The position numbers and the translations under genes were made by a program. The notes beneath the pieces were generated by a model. It did not search any database. It was not told the origin of the DNA and was given only the letters and a program-made list of their open reading frames with translations. A DNA stretch of 64,000 nucleotides. Origin: Octopus bimaculoides (taxonomy: Eukaryota). The stretch is taken from the NCBI RefSeq assembly GCF_001194135.2, contig NC_068982.1, forward strand, positions 157,221,132 through 157,285,131, written 5' to 3'. Shown here in pieces: positions 51,151 to 64,000 of the stretch (its first letter is position 1; each line of letters starts with the position of its first letter).

Positions 51151-51676
51151 CTTTCATCTTTTATCTTTTCTCTGTTTCAGTCATTTGACAGTGTCCATGC
51201 TGGAGCAATGCATTGAAGGGCTTTAGTCGACCAAACCTTTCCCTGTACTTATTCTATAGGTCCCATTTTACCGAACTGCTGTGTTATGGGGACATAAAGG
51301 AACCAACACTGGCGAACCTTGATGTATACGAATATATATATATATAATCGAAACTAAAACAAATGGTTTATATCTTGTAGCTTACTGTTAACGCACGGTC
51401 ACTTTCAGAGTGATCGTTACATATGTAAATGCACAATTAAGAGCATACAATGAAATATATGTGTGAGTATGAATGTAGAATGTATGATCTTACATATTTG
51501 TGCTTGCGTTTGTGGTATGTGGTGCTTGTTCACATGCATGCGTGCGCACACCCTCATAGACACAAAAACGCGTGAGGTCACGCACGCACATGCATACACA
51601 CTCACACACCACACGCGCGCACACAGACACCCATATATATAGTTTTTATTTTATTTCCCATAAATATATATATACT

Positions 51677-52204
51677 ATACGAAGGGCTTCTTTCAATTTC
51701 TGTCTACCAAATTCGTTCACAAGACTTTGGTCGGCGTGAGGATTTAGTAGACGACATTTGACCAGAGTGCCACGAACCATGCGGTTGGGAAGCTCACGTG
51801 CGCCAAGAGGCCACATTATCAGAACAGTGAACAGATGGAGGTAGCATGGAAGAATTCGTGGCCTCTTGGCAGAAACGGCCGTAAGGAACTGATCCTTTAC
51901 TCTTATATGTATTACTAGTACATATGTGTGTAACACACTGTCTCTGCCTGTGTATGTACCCTTATAATACTTCCATATGTTTTAGAATAAATAGACATAA
52001 TAGAATACCTACCGGCTGATGTATGTCATTTTTTTGTATTCCGTCCATTTTATTTCTGCTGTGTATATATATATATATATACATACGAAATGTTTCTTTC
52101 AGTTTCCGTCTACCAAATTCGTTCACAAGTCTTTGGTCGGCGTGAGGATTTAGTGGAAGACATTTGAACAGTGTGCCACGAATCATGTGGTTGGGAAACT
52201 GACT
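51677..52204 (-). repeat. Locally duplicated degenerate CORE-SINE head (51677-51796 and 52084-52204)
   Basis: Both copies share variants not seen in other copies here (AAATTCGTTCACAAG, GGCGTGAGGATTTAGT, and the same deletion after GTGCCACG). Confidence 0.75.
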
Positions 52205-52421
52205 TATACATAAATTTGCATGCAGACATACATATACAAACAATTTAAAGAACAGAATAATGTGACGTTATATCCATAAACCGTAGACGATGCTCAAGCC
52301 TATTTTAGCATTAATATTTCGATCAACGTCGTAGCAAATTGTTTATTCGTCGGTCAAATAGTGTCTCATTGGAAAATAAAGAAAACTAGCAATAATACAC
52401 ATACATAAATATTCAACACAT

Positions 52422-52455
<34 letters not shown>

Positions 52456-52500
52456 GCTCGTCTATCTCTCTATCTATCTCTCTATCTCTCTATCTATCTC

Positions 52501-52552
<52 letters not shown>

Positions 52553-52737
52553 ACCTCTCTCTCTGTATACACATATATATTATTATATGTGTTCGTATGT
52601 ATATATGCATATATCAATGATTTCGTATGTGTGTGCGTATGTGCGTATATGTATATACAATGTATATATATATATATATAAGTGTGTGTATGTGTGTGTG
52701 TGTATGTATATATCAATGATTTGTATGTGTGCTTATG

Positions 52738-52768
<31 letters not shown>

Positions 52769-52939
52769 NNNNNNNNNNNNNNNNNNNNNNNNNNNNNNNN
52801 NNNNNNNNNNNNNNNNNNNNNNNNNNNNNNNNNNNNNNNNNNNNNNNNNNNNNNNNNNNNNNNNNNNNNNNNNNNNNNNNNNNNNNNNNNNNNNNNNNNN
52901 NNNNNNNNNNNNNNNNNNNNNNNNNNNNNNTATATATAT

Positions 52940-53170
52940 GCGGCGAGCTGGCAGAAACGTTAGCACGCCGGGCGAAATGCTTAACGGTATTTCGTCTGTC
53001 GCTACGTTCTGAGTTCAAATTCCGCCGAGATCGACTTTGCCTTTCATCCATTCGGGGTCGATTAAATAAGAACCAGTAACGCATTGGGGTCGATATAATC
53101 GACTTAATCCGTTTGTCTGTCCTTGTTTGTCCCCTCTGTGTGTAGCCCCTTGTGGGTAGTAAAGAAATAA
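52940..53170 (+). mobile_element. Meta-like SINE monomer (tail B), young
   Basis: GCGGCGAGCTGGCAGAAACGTTAGCACGCCGGG...GTGGGTAGTAAAGAAATAA; near-identical to 18172-18405. Confidence 0.9.
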
Positions 53171-53242
53171 CGCATTTATATATATGCATAGATGTATCTA
53201 TTTATGTATGTATTTATAATGATTCGCATGTCTATGTTGTGC

Positions 53243-53319
<77 letters not shown>

Positions 53320-53963
53320 TACATACATACATACGTACATGCATACATACATACGTATGTGTACTTGTATATATCTATGTATTGCTAAACTCTAGTAATA
53401 TGAAATATGAAATAAACCAACGAGTTAGAATATTAAATAATTTATATTAATATTTGTTTATTTTGGGCGATTTATTTATATATTTCCAGAATTTTTGCAC
53501 TCGCTGTTCTCTAGATTCTATTGATGTATTTGGTTGAAGTGTCAACAAACCATTACATGCAATGTTTATACAAAAGTCAAACCATCTCTACGATGTGGTA
53601 GTTTTTTTTTTGAATTGTCTTTTGTTTTTGATGTTCCTCTCTCGTTTTATTCTTTTTTTTTTACTAAAATACGGCGTCATATAACCTAATATTCATACTT
53701 AGATAAAATCACACCATATTATAACAATATATACAATATACACATATGTATATGTTTCAGTTCAGTATATGTATTTGTATATGCACACACACACACACAC
53801 ACATACACACACACACACATACACACACACACACACACAAACAAACACACATTCACATACACACGCGCGCACACACATATGCATACATATGCATAAACAT
53901 TTACAGAAATATATACATATCTATTGTATACATATATCTAAATATTTGAGATTATAGAATAAT

Positions 53964-53997
<34 letters not shown>

Positions 53998-54044
53998 TTA
54001 TATTTATTCAGATATATATATATACATATATATGTATGTATATG

Positions 54045-54089
<45 letters not shown>

Positions 54090-57000
54090 NNNNNNNNNNN
54101 NNNNNNNNNNNNNNNNNNNNNNNNNNNNNNNNNNNNNNNNNNNNNNNNNNNNNNNNNNNNNNNNNNNNNNNNNNNNNNNNNNNNNNNNNNNNNNNNNNNN
54201 NNNNNNNNNNNNNNNNNNNNNNNNNNNNNNNNNNNNNNNNNNNNNNNNNNNNNNNNNNNNNNNNNNNNNNNNNNNNNNNNNNNNNNNNNNNNNNNNNNNN
54301 NNNNNNNNNNNNNNNNNNNNNNNNNNNNNNNNNNNNNNNNNNNNNNNNNACACATACATGTACATTTGTGCACAGGAGTATTATACACTACCACACGCAT
54401 CGTAGATTTCTTTTCAGTTTTGAATTTAACAAAGTTTGTGTGACTTTGTGATGGTTATTTTTGTATTTCTCATGATTAATGTTTTGTTCTTTTCGACTAC
54501 GTTAATAACAAGAATTTCTTATACAATTTCAAAATGTTTTGAATTCTAAATTCTAACTGGAATCCTGAATAAATCTTAATGTGTTGCCATTGTCTCCTTC
54601 GTTTATATATTCGGGCCATAACAACTTGACGCCGCATCACCATTCTTAGCATCATCATAACTATCATATTCCTTATGAGGATGCTGATGATCATTATGAT
54701 CATCTTTACCATTATCTGCTCTACAATATCTTTATCATCATCATATCATGATTATCTCTATTGATCATCAACATTATTATTAATAATGGAACAAGGACAA
54801 GAACAGCAACAACGGAAATAACTATGACACCGCTAATTTTATAATGTCGTCTCTTCCTTTCTCTTCTCCATTCTTTTTCATATCTTTTAATATCTGACTA
54901 AATACAAATATAATCGTACATTTTTCTAAGACGGTCTCTGTATTTTGTTTTATTTAGTTTCTTCTCTTTGTCAAAATGTTTTTCTTCGTTTCCATACTCC
55001 AGTCTTTTTTATAATAGTTTTTATTTTCTTATTCAATTATATAGTTGATTCAACAAAAGTATCAAGCCTCATTTTTTTTTAAAAATCACATTTGTACACA
55101 CTGGATATTTGCTTAACTTGACATGAACATCTTTTGAAGCAATTTATTACTATCTTCATCAGTTGCAGGTATGTTTGTTGCTTAAACCGAAGACTGTTAT
55201 CCAAGAAAGCCGGATCAAAGGCATTCATTATGATCTGTCTTTCTTTTATGGACAAAATTTGGAGAGTATCGAACTGATTTGCCTTTTTCCTTGTAGATTT
55301 GTGTTCGCATTTTAAATGCCATTGATTTCAACTTTGCATTTTATTCCTCCAGGTTCGATAAAATATATAATACCACTCATAATTAATGGGGATTTATGAA
55401 ATAGACAAAGCCGTTCCTTCAAAATTTCTAGCTTTGTGTTTAAATTAGAAAGAAAGAATCGAAACCTGCATTATCCAAATTCCGTTTTCCAGGGAATTTC
55501 GTCTGTCTTCCATTTCTCGAAGGTCAAGCAAACACCTACATAATCTTTCATCGCCTAGTTTAATTTTCTTTGGCCTATTTGATTTCTCTAATGAGTGAAC
55601 TGGTTAGAAAAAAGACAGTATGGATATTCAATTATGGCTGTAAATTGTTTAAAGATTTCGATCTCGCACCTACAAGCTGTCCATCAAAAGTGATCAATTT
55701 TTTAATATGCTCACTCTAAAATAGAAATGCCAAAACTATAGTAGTTCAAAGAAACTACTAATTGTCCGCTTTTATTTAAAACGTCAGAGAAAATGACACC
55801 ACAATATATTAAAATATATACTGAGATAGATTACTTGATATAGAACCTCTTTAAAATTTGTTTTGCCACCAAATAAAGGGTTCAATACTTTTATTGATAT
55901 ACCGTAGCTACTTTTCGAATTCCTACAAACGCTTTCACTCACAGTATTGGTTTTATTACATTTTCCAACACACCAAACTAAACCAACGCCATGGATCTGA
56001 TTTCCCCTTGAGAAGTATTATCTTCGGGAAAGGTATAAACATCGATTTATCTATTTAGAATCGAGACTGTTACATCTTTAAATGAATTCCATTTTATAAA
56101 TCCAGTTATAGGTACACTTGTGTGTCATACGAATATTTGTCATCGGGGCAAGACTTTAAAACAAACAAATACAAGCACAGTATAATCTTCATTGTTAGTA
56201 ACAATGAGGAAACATCTATGTAGAGTCTCAATCCCCAAGAAACACTAGCCAAATTCCTGCTATTTCTAGAGGTTTAAAAAAGAAAAGACTAACTGGATAA
56301 GTTAACTCCAGATACAATTTGCATGAAGAAAAAGAACAAAGAAACAAAACGTGATGGACGACTGCGACTAGACCGCAACAAGAAGGAGTTAACTAAAATT
56401 GGTGTGGTTCGCTTTTGCTAAACAATTAGTATGCAGTCGAAGAATTTGGAAGACTTATGATACAAAGCAAATATATAATTCGGTCTTAAATAAAGACTGA
56501 CATTTTAGTATGAATTTTCCATAGCCTTTTCTCCAAGAGTTGGAAGCTATAAAGTCACGAACGAAATATCTCTGTAAAAATATATTGCTAACTATATTGT
56601 GTTTTTTACGCTATCCAACATAAATAGCGAATAATACGAAAGGTGGTAACTTAAACAATTTATAAGCAGAAATTTCTATTTAATTACCAGGTTTAAGAAA
56701 AACATTCAGCATGATATCTTTGTCTTCTTTGTCTCCTTTCCAGATTGAAGGTGAAAACGTTTTGTAATTTGTCAAATAGCACGAAGTATTATGATACATC
56801 ACTCATAAGGTTATATTCATAAATATAAATGAAAATTCATTGACGGTCAATATGTGAAAAATCGCTGCAATGTGTGAACAATGAACTGTTTTTATTGTAA
56901 GACTTGTGCAAATCTTGCATGCAAATATCCCTGAAGAAGACCGTATCATTTTCTCTCCTTATCTCTGTATATACAGACTTTATTGAAAATAGCTAGACGT

Positions 57001-57277
57001 TTGAGGAGTAGCTTTACATTATAAACGGTTTTTGTGTGTTTCTGGCATTATGTGGGCAAAAATGGCTCTGAACAGTTGTCACGAGACTCAGAATTGAAGA
57101 TTTAAGAGATATTAAGATGCGTAAAGTAAAACTCGTGAACATTTACGGACACGCATGCGCAGACAGATTTACAAAGAAAGATAGACAACCGCACGCACCA
57201 ATATTCACAGGCACACCATACACACGGGCACGCTTAAATACATACACATACTTAAATACGTAGCTACATGCATACAC

Positions 57278-57321
<44 letters not shown>

Positions 57322-58391
57322 CTCCTTTCTCTCCGTCTTTCTGTCTGTCAGCCAGTCTTTCTCTGTATGAACGCATGCTACACACATAAATACATGCATA
57401 TATATATNNNNNNNNNNNNNNNNNNNNNNNNNNNNNNNNNNNNNNNNNNNNNNNNNNNNNNNNNNNNNNNNNNNNNNNNNNNNNNNNNNNNNNNNNNNNN
57501 NNNNNNNNNNNNNNNNNNNNNNNNNNNNNNNNNNNNNNNNNNNNNNNNNNNNNNNNNNNNNNNNNNNNNNNNNNNNNNNNNNNNNNNNNNNNNNNNNNNN
57601 NNNNNNNNNNNNNNNNNNNNNNNNNNNNNNNNNNNNNNNNNNNNNNNNNNNNNNNNNNNNNNNNNNNNNNNNNNNNNNNNNNNNNNNNNNNNNNNNNNNN
57701 NNNNNNNNNNNNNNNNNNNNNNNNNNNNNNNNNNNNNNNNNNNNNNNNNNNNNNNNNNNNNNNNNNNNNNNNNNNNNNNNNNNNNNNNNNNNNNNNNNNN
57801 NNNNNNNNNNNNNNNNNNNNNNNNNNNNNNNNNNNNNNNNNNNNNNNNNNNNNNNNNNNNNNNNNNNNNNNNNNNNNNNNNNNNNNNNNNNNNNNNNNNN
57901 NNNNNNNNNNNNNNNNNNNNNNNNNNNNNNNNNNNNNNNNNNNNNNNNNNNNNNNNNNNNNNNNNNNNNNNNNNNNNNNNNNNNNNNNNNNNNNNNNNNN
58001 NNNNNNNNNNNNNNNNNNNNNNNNNNNNNNNNNNNNNNNNNNNNNNNNNNNNNNNNNNNNNNNNNNNNNNNNNNNNNNNNNNNNNNNNNNNNNNNNNNNN
58101 NNNNNNNNNNNNNNNNNNNNNNNNNNNNNNNNNNNNNNNNNNNNNNNNNNNNNNNNNNNNNNNNNNNNNNNNNNNNNNNNNNNNNNNNNNNNNNNNNNNN
58201 NNNNNNNNNNNNNNNNNNNNNNNNNNNNNNNNNNNNNNNNNNNNNNNNNNNNNNNNNNNNNNNNNNNNNNNNNNNNNNNNNNNNNNNNNNNNNNNNNNNN
58301 NNNNNNNNNNNNNNNNNNNNNNNNNNNNNTATATATATATATTTATCTATTTATGTCTGTCCGTCTGTTTATTTAAGTCAGTCTCTCAGTG

Positions 58392-58448
<57 letters not shown>

Positions 58449-59918
58449 GTATATATATATATATATCCATCCATCTATCTATCTATATACCTATCTAACT
58501 AAATAACGGTCTATATATCTACCTAACTCCCTAGTTATCTCTCTATTTATCAATCTGACTTTCTGCCTGTCTACCTGTGTACCTCTCCTGCTTCTATCTG
58601 TCTGTCTTTGTTTCTTTCTCTTTCTCCTTTCCTCCCTCCCTCCGTCTGTACACACACACATCCACATATATATATACATATCCATATATAATTATAAGTG
58701 TATATATGTATGTATGTATGTATGTATGCATGTCTGCGTATGTATACACATATACACACGTACAAATACATAAACGGGTTCTTGCACGTACACGTTTACT
58801 CATTCATACTCTTGTGCACTCAGTTTCCAAATCACTAGCACTGGCACACGCACGCATACACACACATTCGTAACCATATTCACATACTCACACGCACATA
58901 TGCACGCGTGCACACACGCACGCACACACACACACATACACACACACATACACACACACACACAAACACACACACACATACACACACTACCGAGCAATAT
59001 TCTTAGCACAAACACGTTTGTATACAGATACCATTACACACGCACACATATTGTAAGTCTCTCTCTCTGTCTCCTTCCTCTTTCTCTCTCTCTCCCATCT
59101 CTCTCTGTCTATCTGCCTGTCTTTCTGTCTGTCTGACTATCTGTTCATCTGTCTACGTGTCTGTCCGTCACTAACTCTCTCTATCTGTCTATTTGTCTCT
59201 CTGTCTCTGTCAGTCTGTCTGTCTCTCTATCTGTCGTCTCTTTCACTCTGTGTCAGTCTGTGTGTCTGTCCGCATCTCTCTCCCCCTCTCTCTCTCTCTC
59301 TCACAATCTATCTATTTATCTCTCTCTCTCTTTCTCTCACTCTCTCACTGTACTTATATATCTCGCCATATTCTACCGTTATTCTACCGTTATTCTGGTG
59401 TGCACACGCTGTCACATGCGCATATACTCATGCGCAACAACATGTACAATTGTATCGGCGTAAACGTATGTTTAAACAGAAACAAGCGCTCCCATCTACA
59501 TGAAAGACATTGACTAACATTGAAAAACAAACGGAAAAGGAAATGTCTAAACACATAAACACTTAAATTGTCATATCAACGCACACACACACAAACACAC
59601 TCACCAGTACACATGCAAATGTATAAGAATACATGCATACACCCGTGAATGTTTAGTCACATAAACGTGCATGTGCACAAGTGTCAATACTCACACATCT
59701 AATGCGCACACACGCAAATGCTCATAGCTTTAGATGAAAACAAAGAGGATGTGGACCAAGTCCTTCCCGTGTCATAGGCTCATAATCCCCGTTTTTCTGA
59801 TTCTGCGACGGAGGGTTATTCTGACTCTATGACACACGTTTATACTGATTCTGTGATACAGGGTTATTCATTTTTTGTCAGCTTGGTGAACTAGAGCTGC
59901 ATCAAATGAAGTGTTTTT

Positions 59919-59963
<45 letters not shown>

Positions 59964-60285
59964 GAGAAAGGAACCGTATACGGAAACATAACCTCACGAT
60001 CACGAGTGCAACACCCTTAACCACTAAGCCACACATCTCAACATGTGTTTACGTCCTGAAACGCATGTATAAATACTAACGCACGTACAATACAAGCGTG
60101 GATAGATAGTCTTACATCATAAAGTAAATTAACGACGCGAAATGCTATACTCACAAGATCGATGAATACACAAGAACTATTAGCAAATTAGCAAATGCAG
60201 AAATGCAGACACGCTTAACTCTCTCCTCTCATCCACAGATAAACCTATACATACACATACACACCGAATTTCTTGATTGAAGTAT

Positions 60286-60366
60286 ATAAAATCCAAGCGA
60301 CATATGTTTCAAAGCTAGAAGAGCCTTCTTCTGCTAGCTATGACACATATGTAGCCTGGATTGTAT
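60286..60366. other. 81-nt hairpin, 33-bp stem with 5 mismatches and no bulges, 15-nt loop
   Basis: Manually paired from 60286:60366 inward to 60318:60334. Confidence 0.7.
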
Positions 60367-61840
60367 CTACTTCATTGTATCTACTTGTATCTAATCCTAA
60401 CCCTAACCCTTCCCAAAACTTTGAATGTTTATTTGCATACACAGTAACCTCAGGTGCTGACCATGAACTATAAAATAACTTTTCACAGCTTTTCAAACTT
60501 CGATAGGAGAAAAAGTTACAGCCTTCTACGTCAATAAATCAATATCGTACCTGAAAGTTGTTTTTCATATCTTCTCCAGACTGTTTGAAGCTTACTAACT
60601 TCCTACCCCTTGACCCTTTGAACTTACATTTGCATATACATAAATATATGAAAATGCGCTCGCGCATGTGTGTATGTGAGTGTTTGAGTCTGAGGTTCCA
60701 GGGTTCTGAAGAATATGGATCCACCACTTAACTGCTATTACTCCCTTGTGTAATAGTACCTGTTATGGTCCCAGCTATGGGCTATATAGCATGAGAACCG
60801 CTAAGAGTGAAGGAATCCTAATTCTCGGCAGAACTTTTTTTCTACGAGAAGGTAATCTCTTATTTAAAATCCCAAGACCCTGAAGAACAGTTGGTTTTTG
60901 GACGTCTAATCTTCTATCATGGCTCCGGTTTTATAGCTCGTTGCGCTGTCAAGTGAGTTCGTGCTACGCAAAACTTTCCAATCAAAACAAAGTCAGACAT
61001 AAGAACCTATTGGATTCTCGGATTGTTGCACAGAATTTCTCAGTTTAGGAAGTGGTCTTACTCGGTCATGAGTTTGTGTATGTGTGTGTGTGTGTGAATG
61101 TGTGTGTGTGTGCGTGTGTGTACAGACATGACATACATACACACACACACACATACACACTGACATAGACACACACACACACAGATATACACACACACAT
61201 AAACTTATATGAACGCAACAATACAGTAAAGAGAGAACACCTCAACAAAGCGTTCTGTTGGATAAGCACATGTCCATGTCAGAATCTCACATTTGCATTG
61301 CAATAACCTTGCAATCAGAAGACAAATCTCCTCTAGCGGGCTTACAATCTAAAACCAAAAAACAAATATAATTTCAATCGCAACACCTAATGGAGATTTG
61401 TGGACAACAAGTGCATTAATTTTAGGAGATTATTGTGCTTTTAACGCCAACGTTGCTTTCTATAGTTGAATTTAAAAATATGATATATGCTTTGGGTTCA
61501 CTCCCTTGGTTTCTGTGATGAAAATTGTCACTACTGCTTATGCTTTTCTTTCTCATTAAATGTACAATGCTAATTGATTAAAAATTATTTCTGGCATGCG
61601 TCCACTATGAATGTCAACACATAATTTTACACACACAGACACACACACACACACACACACAAACACGTTCGCGCGCACACAGACACACACATACATACAC
61701 ACGCATGCACACACGCTCACACAGACACACATGTGTTTGTGCATGCTTGTACGTACACACATGGCTGCAATCTAATGACTGAAACAAATAAAAGAAAACA
61801 GAAACATACATGTATGTTTGTACGTATGTATGTATGTATG

Positions 61841-61894
<54 letters not shown>

Positions 61895-62652
61895 CATACA
61901 TATATATATATATATATTTATTTATTTATTTATTTATTTATTTATGTGTTTCAGCCAAGTGGCTGCGGTCATGCTGGTGCACCACNNNNNNNNNNNNNNN
62001 NNNNNNNNNNNNNNNNNNNNNNNNNNNNNNNNNNNNNNNNNNNNNNNNNNNNNNNNNNNNNNNNNNNNNNNNNNNNNNNNNNNNNNNNNNNNNNNNNNNN
62101 NNNNNNNNNNNNNNNNNNNNNNNNNNNNNNNNNNNNNNNNNNNNNNNNNNNNNNNNNNNNNNNNNNNNNNNNNNNNNNNNNNNNNNNNNNNNNNNNNNNN
62201 NNNNNNNNNNNNNNNNNNNNNNNNNNNNNNNNNNNNNNNNNNNNNNNNNNNNNNNNNNNNNNNNNNNNNNNNNNNNNNNNNNNNNNNNNNNNNNNNNNNN
62301 NNNNNNNNNNNNNNNNNNNNNNNNNNNNNNNNNNNNNNNNNNNNNNNNNNNNNNNNNNNNNNNNNNNNNNNNNNNNNNNNNNNNNNNNNNNNNNNNNNNN
62401 NNNNNNNNNNNNNNNNNNNNNNNNNNNNNNNNNNNNNNNNNNNNNNNNNNNNNNNNNNNNNNNNNNNNNNNNNNNNNNNNNNNNNNNNNNNNNNNNNNNN
62501 NNNNNNNNNNNNNNNNNNNNNNNNNNNNNNNNNNNNNNNNNNNNNNNNNNNNNNNNNNNNNNNNNNNNNNNNNNNNNNNNNNNNNNNNNNNNNNNNNNNN
62601 NNNNNNNNNNNNNNNNNNNNNNNNNNNNNNNNNNNNNNTATATATTTATATA

Positions 62653-63879
62653 TTAGGTTGTTTAACATGAAATGTCGTATTGTAAATTACTTCTTATTTC
62701 AGTCATTTAAAAGCACAATTATGTATACCTTGCATTTAATCTTGAATTTTTTTCTTTCCCAACAATATTGGTATACAAAATTCGTACCAACACACCTTAT
62801 GAAAATGATAACCAAACTATTTCGAGTGATTTTCTCGTATGAGTACAAACTGGTTCACTCTACCGCAGAAGCTGTACAGAATATCGAGCAGGCTTTGGTA
62901 ATGGGTTTTTTGACATCAGAACTGTTCAGAGATGGTTCCAAAGCTCTCGTTCAGGAGATGATAGCCTTGAAAATAAGCCAAGAGGTAGGCCAAAATCAGT
63001 TATTCGGCATGATGGATTAAATGCTTTGGTTGAACAAAATCCGAGAACAAAGGTTGAAAAACTCTCATCAGAACTCCAACCATCTCGCACAACTGTGTTG
63101 GATACCTGTGAAAAATTGGAAAAGTCAAGAAAACGGATACGGTTTTTCAACATCAACTGAACGAGATTCTAAAAAACAGACGCCTCAAAGTGTGCTCCTG
63201 ATTGCTTTCTCGACTGGACAAAGACCATTTTTGCATTAAATCATTACTTGTGATGAGAAATGGATACTCTTTGGCAACAGCATGAGAACAAGACAGTGAT
63301 TAGCTGCAGGAGAATCACTTAAACGCTATTCAAACTCACCATTGCACCCTAAGATGTTAGAGGTCAATTTATGGTGGTCTGCGAAGGGAGTTATTCTTTA
63401 TTCATTTTTGCAACAAGGTACAACAGTAACAGCAACATCGTATTGTCAAGAAATTGATTGTATGTGTGAGAATTTGAAAAGGGAGCAGCCCAGACTAGTA
63501 TATAAAGGTGGCCCAATTTTGCTCCACGACAATGCACTTCCTCACACTCAAGCTACGGTCCAAAAGTTGCAAAGCCTGAATTATGAGATTTTGCAACATC
63601 CTCCCTATTCCACTGATATCTCTCTTACTGATCATCACTTATTTAAGCATTTTGAGCTTTTCATAAATAATAGAACATTCTTAAATGCAGAAGAGTTAAT
63701 TGAAGCATTCAGACAGTTTACTACAGCAAAATATGATTGTTTTTTTTAAGATGGAATACATGGGTAAACGCCATGAATGAACATGGATCATACTTTGATT
63801 AAATGAATCAGTTCTCTAACACTTCTGAAACATTTTATTGTTACCTTTCATATACGATATTTCATGTGAAACAACCTAA
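62653..63879 (+). mobile_element. Near-full-length decayed mariner transposon (Hsmar1/cecropia-like)
   Basis: TIRs TTAGGTTGTTTAACATGAAATGTCGTAT / ATACGATATTTCATGTGAAACAACCTAA, with TA on both sides. Transposase remnants RTVQRWF, GRPKS, ITCDEKW, LLHDNALPH and HPPYSTDISLTDHHLF; several stops and frameshifts. Confidence 0.93.
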
Positions 63880-63881
63880 TA

Positions 63882-64000
63882 GGAGTGGCTGTGTGGTAAG
63901 TAGCTTGCTTACCAACCACATGGTTCCGGGTTCATTCTCACTGCGTGGCATGTTGGGCAAGTGTCTTCTACTATAGCCTCGGGCCAACCAAAGCCTTGTG
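63882..64000 (+). mobile_element. CORE-like SINE head, cut by the window end
   Basis: GGAGTGGCTGTGTGGTAAGTAGCTTGCTTACC...TTGGGCAAGTGTCTTCTACTATAGCC begins right after the mariner TA. Confidence 0.85.

Noticed and set aside
60393-60410. CCTAACCCTAACCCT as a telomere or interstitial telomeric array
   Set aside because: Only ~2.5 units; too short to call an array. Mentioned only as context for the neighbouring hairpin.

Overview
AT-rich, repeat-dominated eukaryotic DNA from a gapped draft assembly, with many N runs, most of them next to microsatellites. The SINE set, mariner and Penelope relics and (TA)n/(CA)n/(TATG)n load resemble an octopus (coleoid cephalopod) genome; this is inferred from recognising the repeats, not from a search. 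No complete host gene can be supported, and nearly all supplied ORFs are microsatellite or N-gap artefacts. Supported content: three tRNA-headed SINE families (CORE-like, Meta-like, Deu/Nin-like), two R4/Dong-like RLE retrotransposon relics, a Penelope-like element plus a solo pseudo-LTR with hammerhead ribozyme cores, an RTE fragment, a near-full-length decayed mariner, a Tc1/mariner 5' fragment and a mariner-type MITE. The most notable unexplained structures are a 677-bp near-perfect palindrome, a SINE dimer with the same junction at three loci, a ~200-bp direct repeat flanking a LINE, a 165-bp inverted repeat and a pre-miRNA-like hairpin. A few splice-bounded unique islands may be exons or regulatory DNA of an unidentified host gene (low confidence).
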